64,000 nucleotides of DNA, from contig CAWHWQ010000001.1 in NCBI GenBank assembly GCA_963833095.1, forward strand, positions 576,001-640,000. The letters are read 5' to 3'. Source of the stretch: Vulcanimicrobiota bacterium (GTDB lineage Bacteria; Vulcanimicrobiota; Vulcanimicrobiia; Vulcanimicrobiales; Vulcanimicrobiaceae). Shown in pieces: positions 59,496-64,000 of this stretch (within the stretch, counting starts at the first letter, position 1; every line of letters begins with the position of its first letter). The translations under genes and the position numbers were made by a program. The notes under the pieces are model-generated. The model was not told the origin of the DNA and did no database searches. It saw only the letters and a program-made list of their open reading frames with translations.

Positions 59496-60303
59496 CGCCG
59501 CGCAGCCGGTCCTCGAAACGGCCGATCCGCTCGGGCGCGATCGCCACGTAGTTGGAGTATTCGAAATACTCTTCGTAGCGTAGATAGTCAAGCGTGTAGA
59601 GTCCGTCGCGCTTGAGGACGAAGACACGGTAGCCGCTTGATTCGAGCAGCATATAGGCTGCGCGTAGCGTATCGCCGGCGAGTTGCCAGGCGCGGTTGTA
59701 CTCAAACTGAATCACGCCGATCGAACGCGAGGCAATCGATTCGCGCGCTCCCCGCATCACCTGCAAATCGTAGCCTTCAGCGTCGATCTTGAGCAGATCG
59801 GCGCGGCTCCAGCCGGCCTCGCGCAGCGCAACATCAAGCATCGCGACGGTCACGGTGCGTGTCGTTCCACCCGTTCGCATGAAATCCGCAACCAGCGTGC
59901 TGCCGCGACCGGCATTCGGCTCCTCGAAAAATTCCATCGATCCAGGCGCGCTGCCCAGGGCGACGTTCGAAAGCACGATGCTTGAATCGGCGCCGAAACG
60001 GCGCTGCAATTTTTCGAATGCGCTGCGCGACGGCTCGAACGCCAGCGCCGCAAATGGACGCTCCGCCGAGCCCTCGCGCACCATCCCCAGCCAATCACCG
60101 ACGTTCGCACCCACGTCGATGAAGCGATCGCCGTAGGTTGCCACCCGTTGCACCAGCCAGCGCTCTCCCGTATCCAGGGCGTCGGGACTCTCAGCGAGAT
60201 GATATTTGATCACGCAACGGCACTGATTGCGCAAGGCAACGGCAAACCGCACCGCCTGCGGAGATTTTGCGGCCATACGCTGGAGGCGGTCCAAGAGGTT
60301 CAC
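59488..60303 (-). CDS. FkbM family methyltransferase
   Basis: IDVGANVG, AFEP, LLKIDAEGYD and QFEY. Confidence 0.9.
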   Translation of the reverse strand: MNLLDRLQRMAAKSPQAVRFAVALRNQCRCVIKYHLAESPDALDTGERWLVQRVATYGDRFIDVGANVGDWLGMVREGSAERPFAALAFEPSRSAFEKLQRRFGADSSIVLSNVALGSAPGSMEFFEEPNAGRGSTLVADFMRTGGTTRTVTVAMLDVALREAGWSRADLLKIDAEGYDLQVMRGARESIASRSIGVIQFEYNRAWQLAGDTLRAAYMLLESSGYRVFVLKRDGLYTLDYLRYEEYFEYSNYVAIAPERIGRFEDRLRGVI

Positions 60304-60878
60304 CGCCGGCACCGCGCGCGCAGTTCCTCTCCCGTGCGGCGAGCATCTTCTTCGGTCAGCGGTAACGGCGAAGGCGCTAAGCGCGCGATGTCCCAGCGCT
60401 CGTCGTGGCGGCTCGCGCCGAAGTAACCGTCTACAATCGCTGCCTCCGCGTGCGTCATCACGTGCGTCGCGTCGAGCGGAATGCCATAAGCATCGGCGAT
60501 TGTCGCGGCGATCGCGCATAAAGCGTCAATGGACTGCGGCATCAACGGAAATTCCCCGAAATCATTCGGCCGCGCCTCGCGCATCGCCATCACGGCGATA
60601 CCCGCTGCAAAGCTGTTTCGTCCAGCGGTATGCGCAGCATACGGATCGGTGCTTTGGCGAACGTCGTGCATGTTTGCGCGCAGGTCGTTCGTCTCAACCA
60701 CCAGGGGGACGCCGCCGGAGAATGCGACGCAATAGTGATAGGACGGATAGACCGTTTCGTAATCGCCCGCCGACCAATGTAAATAGATGCGCTCGAGCCG
60801 GCCCGACGCAAACTGCGGGCGCCACCCGTCAAGCGGCGCGTGGGGGAAGCGATCGTAGCGGGCGAAAGGAGCGGCCAT
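60300..60878 (-). CDS. N-acetylmuramoyl-L-alanine amidase (Amidase_2-like)
   Basis: IYLHWSAG, YHY, AHTAGRNS and VMTHAE. Start is uncertain. Confidence 0.75.
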   Translation of the reverse strand: MAAPFARYDRFPHAPLDGWRPQFASGRLERIYLHWSAGDYETVYPSYHYCVAFSGGVPLVVETNDLRANMHDVRQSTDPYAAHTAGRNSFAAGIAVMAMREARPNDFGEFPLMPQSIDALCAIAATIADAYGIPLDATHVMTHAEAAIVDGYFGASRHDERWDIARLAPSPLPLTEEDARRTGEELRARCRR

Positions 60879-62187
60879 GCTCGCGCTTTTCGCGCTTCTT
60901 CTTCCCGCCCCGCTTTTCGAGGCGCCGACGTTACGCGGTGCGTACGTGAGCGCGTACGTGATCTCGGCGCAAACCGGCGCGGTACTTTACCAGCGCGATC
61001 CGGATGCGTCGATGATTCCCGCTTCGACGCTCAAGGTCTTGATCGGTTCGGCCGCGCTTGACGATCTCGGTACCGCGTTTGCGTTTACGACGACACTTGC
61101 AAGCGACGGCACCACCCTGTATTTACGCGGCGGGGGAGATCCGCTGCTCGAGGCCGACGACTTCAACGATGCGGCTCGAGCGCTTGACGCAGCTGGGCAA
61201 ACGCACTTTGACGCACTCGCCGGTGACATCGGCGACGCGCCCGCGTCACGCTACCCCGACGGGTGGCAAGTCGACGATCTCGCCTATTACTACGCCGCGC
61301 CGCCGAGCGCGCTGTCGATCGGCGAAAACACCGTGCGCATCGGCGTGCACCCGAGCGCGCCGGGCGTGGCGCCGACGCTCTCGATCTTTCCGGCAACGGC
61401 AATTACCGTCGTCAATGCCGCGACTACTGGTCCCGCGCAGTCGGACGACACGAGCGACGTGCGCGTGTCATGGGGCGAGCCCAACACGTTGATCGTCACC
61501 GGTAGCGTTCCCGCCGATGAGACCAACGACGAGCTCGACGCCGCCGTGCTTGATCCAGCGCACGTAACGCTCGCTCTTGCTCGTGAAGCGCTTATTCGCG
61601 GACGCGTGACGTTCGCGCGGCCACCGCGACTGGCGACGACACCGCCTGGCGCGCATGTGCTCTGGTTGCACCACTCACCTTCCCTCCCGGATCTGCTCCG
61701 CGCGATGTGGCAGCCCAGCGACAATCTCCTCGCCGAGTCGCTGCTCGACGCACTCGCTCCCACACGTGATGCCGCTATCGCGAGCGAGCGCGCCTGGCTG
61801 CAATCGATTGGGGTCGATCCCGCGACGACCACTCTCGCCGACGGGAGCGGGCTTTCCGCCTACGACCGCATCACCGCGCACGATCTTGTCACAATTCTCG
61901 CGCACGATTGGAACGGCCCCAATCGCACGGCCGTTCTCGGCGCGCTTCCCGTATCGGGTCAAAGCGGGACGCTGCAAAAAATCTTCACGGCTCCGCCGCT
62001 TGCAGGAGCTGTGATCGCGAAGACCGGCACGGTCAATCACACCCGCACGCTAGCCGGCTATCTGCAGACACCCCACGGCACGCTGATCTTCGCTTTGATG
62101 ATCAACAACTGGATGGACGATGGCCCGCACGCAACCGCGGATCTTCACGCGTTTGAATCAACTTTCTTGGAGGCATTTTTTGAATGA
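60877..62187 (+). CDS. dacB: D-alanyl-D-alanine carboxypeptidase/endopeptidase (S13, PBP4)
   Basis: PASTLK, GGGDP, SDN, DGSGLS and AKTGT. AAGGAG SD. Confidence 0.92.
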   Translation: MLALFALLLPAPLFEAPTLRGAYVSAYVISAQTGAVLYQRDPDASMIPASTLKVLIGSAALDDLGTAFAFTTTLASDGTTLYLRGGGDPLLEADDFNDAARALDAAGQTHFDALAGDIGDAPASRYPDGWQVDDLAYYYAAPPSALSIGENTVRIGVHPSAPGVAPTLSIFPATAITVVNAATTGPAQSDDTSDVRVSWGEPNTLIVTGSVPADETNDELDAAVLDPAHVTLALAREALIRGRVTFARPPRLATTPPGAHVLWLHHSPSLPDLLRAMWQPSDNLLAESLLDALAPTRDAAIASERAWLQSIGVDPATTTLADGSGLSAYDRITAHDLVTILAHDWNGPNRTAVLGALPVSGQSGTLQKIFTAPPLAGAVIAKTGTVNHTRTLAGYLQTPHGTLIFALMINNWMDDGPHATADLHAFESTFLEAFFE

Positions 62188-63329
62188 GCCCATCGCTTCG
62201 TAAGGCGACGTCGATCGACGATTTGCGCACAGTCGCGCAGCGCCGCGTGCCGCGCGCGTTCTTTCAGTACGCCGATCACGGATCGTACACCCAGTCGACC
62301 CTACGCGCTAATCGCGACGATCTCGAAGCACTGCGCTTGCGGCAGCGTATCGGGATTGACATGGCCGAGCGCGATCTCTCGACCACGATCGCGGGCGAAG
62401 AGTCGTCACTGCCCTTCGCGCTTGCGCCGATCGGGCTATGCGGCATGCAGCACGGTGACGGCGAGATCCTCGCGTGTCGCGCAGCCCACGCGGCAGGCAT
62501 TCAATTTACCCTGAGCACGATGTCGATTTGCTCGATCGAAGACGTGGCCGAGGCGGTCGCGAAGCCGTTTTGGTTCCAGCTTTACGTTATGCGCGATCGC
62601 GGCTTCGTGCGCGACCTCATCGCGCGTGCTGCCGCCGCGAAGTGCAGCGCGCTCATGGTGACGATGGACTTAACCATGCTCGGACAGCGCCACTGCGACG
62701 TAAAGAACGGGCTCTCGGTGCCGCTCCAGGTTACCTTTCCAAATCTCCTCGATGTGGCAGGCAAACCTGCGTGGGCTCTCTCGATCTTGCGCGGCAAGCG
62801 CAAAACATTCGGTAATCTCGCCGGGCACATCAAGGGCATGAACGACGTCACCAGTCTTGCCACGTGGGTTTCCAGTCAGTTCGATCCGACGCTAAGCTGG
62901 CGGGATCTCGAATGGATCCGCGAGCTGTGGCCGGGACGCATCATCCTCAAAGGTGTGATGGACGCGGCGGACGCGCGGATTGCCGCAAAGACCGGCGCGA
63001 GTGCGATCGTCGTCTCAAATCACGGCGGACGTCAGCTCGACGGCGCCCCGTCGAGCATCTCTGCCCTCCCGGCGATCGTCGACGCGGTCGGCGGCGAGAT
63101 CGAGGTCATCGTCGACAGCGGCATTCGCACCGGGCAAGACGTACTACGCGCGCTTGCGCGCGGCGCGCGATCGACGTTGCTCGGCCGCGCGTACATTTAT
63201 GGTTTGGGTGCCGCGGGTCAAGCCGGCGTCACGCGGGCAATCGACATCATTCGTAACGAACTCGACATCTCGATGGGCTTGACGGCGACAACGAGCGTCC
63301 GGCACGTCGACCCGTCGATCATCGTCTAA
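62184..63329 (+). CDS. lldD: FMN-dependent alpha-hydroxy acid dehydrogenase (LldD-like)
   Basis: WFQLY, LKG, VSNHGGRQLD and DSGIRTGQD. Confidence 0.88.
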   Translation: MSPSLRKATSIDDLRTVAQRRVPRAFFQYADHGSYTQSTLRANRDDLEALRLRQRIGIDMAERDLSTTIAGEESSLPFALAPIGLCGMQHGDGEILACRAAHAAGIQFTLSTMSICSIEDVAEAVAKPFWFQLYVMRDRGFVRDLIARAAAAKCSALMVTMDLTMLGQRHCDVKNGLSVPLQVTFPNLLDVAGKPAWALSILRGKRKTFGNLAGHIKGMNDVTSLATWVSSQFDPTLSWRDLEWIRELWPGRIILKGVMDAADARIAAKTGASAIVVSNHGGRQLDGAPSSISALPAIVDAVGGEIEVIVDSGIRTGQDVLRALARGARSTLLGRAYIYGLGAAGQAGVTRAIDIIRNELDISMGLTATTSVRHVDPSIIV

Positions 63330-64000
63330 ACGACGAGCACGATCTTTCCGCTTGTGGTACGCGACTCGAGGAGCCGGTGCGCCTCTGCCGCCTGCGCGAG
63401 TGGAAGGGTCCGATCAATGCGCAAGTCGAGCTTCCCGCTTTGGATCGCTGCGAGCACCTCCTCCGAGCGGTACAACAGCTCCTCGCGCGTTGCGATGAAA
63501 TTCGGCAGGGTGCCGCCTGCAAGCGTGAGCGAGCGTGCTTGCAGGGTTCCCGGCACGACCGGGTCGGCCGGACCGCTCGATGAACCGAAAATGACGACGG
63601 TGCCGCGTGTGCGCACGCACTCGAGACTGCCGGGAAGCGTCGATTTACCGACTCCGTCCAACACGAGATCGACGCCGGCTCCGTTGGTCACCGCCTTTAC
63701 CGCGTCGGTGCAATTCGTTTGCGTGTAGAGAATGACGTCGTCGGCGCCGGCGCCGCGAACGATCGCGGCCTTTTCCTGCGTCGACGTCGTGCCGATCACG
63801 CGTGCGCCGATCGTTTTGAGCATCTGCACGAGCAGCAAGCCGACTCCGCCCGCTGCAGCATGGACGAGCACGGTGGTCTTCGGCGTCACGTGATAGTATT
63901 CGTGAACGAGATAGTGCGCGGTTAGCCCTTGGAGCGGAAACGCCGCCCCTTCGATCATCGAAAGTCCGTCGGGCAGCGGAATGAGCCGGTCTGCGGGAGC
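63326..64000 (-). CDS. qor: NADPH:quinone oxidoreductase (zeta-crystallin/MDR family), 5' end outside the window
   Basis: LQGLTAHYL, HAAAGGVG, DGVGK and TSGKIVL. Confidence 0.9.
   Translation of the reverse strand, partial: APADRLIPLPDGLSMIEGAAFPLQGLTAHYLVHEYYHVTPKTTVLVHAAAGGVGLLLVQMLKTIGARVIGTTSTQEKAAIVRGAGADDVILYTQTNCTDAVKAVTNGAGVDLVLDGVGKSTLPGSLECVRTRGTVVIFGSSSGPADPVVPGTLQARSLTLAGGTLPNFIATREELLYRSEEVLAAIQSGKLDLRIDRTLPLAQAAEAHRLLESRTTSGKIVLVV

Noticed and set aside
60300..60878. Prophage endolysin
   Set aside because: There is no holin, structural or integrase gene nearby, and the neighbours are housekeeping genes.

Overview
GC-rich bacterial chromosomal window of about 70 densely packed genes, mostly housekeeping and cell-envelope. 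I found no rRNA, tRNA, CRISPR, integrase or transposase. Gene style suggests Eremiobacterota/Vulcanimicrobiota, but that is inference only. Recognisable genes include cysK-asparaginase-metH, an ATP-dependent DNA ligase, hemL, Mrp/ApbC, sixA, manA-lysA, dacB, an ABC-2 exporter split by pirin and alkA, and four beta-propeller lipoproteins. Best candidate for an undescribed system: a multi-TM membrane protein (37395-38009, -) ending in R-A-P-P, whose RAPP codons base-pair with the Shine-Dalgarno of the downstream LCP gene through a nested three-stem structure. This is the layout of SecM/MifM/ApdP-type ribosome-arrest control, here attached to a cell-wall enzyme. Other highlights: a perfect CGAAC-N4-GTTCG LexA box before an MBL-fold nuclease, a FolK-FolE2/MptA fusion, an Mrp lacking its CPxC but carrying an N-terminal CxxC domain, an RKKAT-repeat histone-like protein, and inverted REP-like elements flanking a TauE gene. 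Several genes carry frameshifts that are most likely sequencing errors. All calls come from reading motifs by eye; no searches were run.
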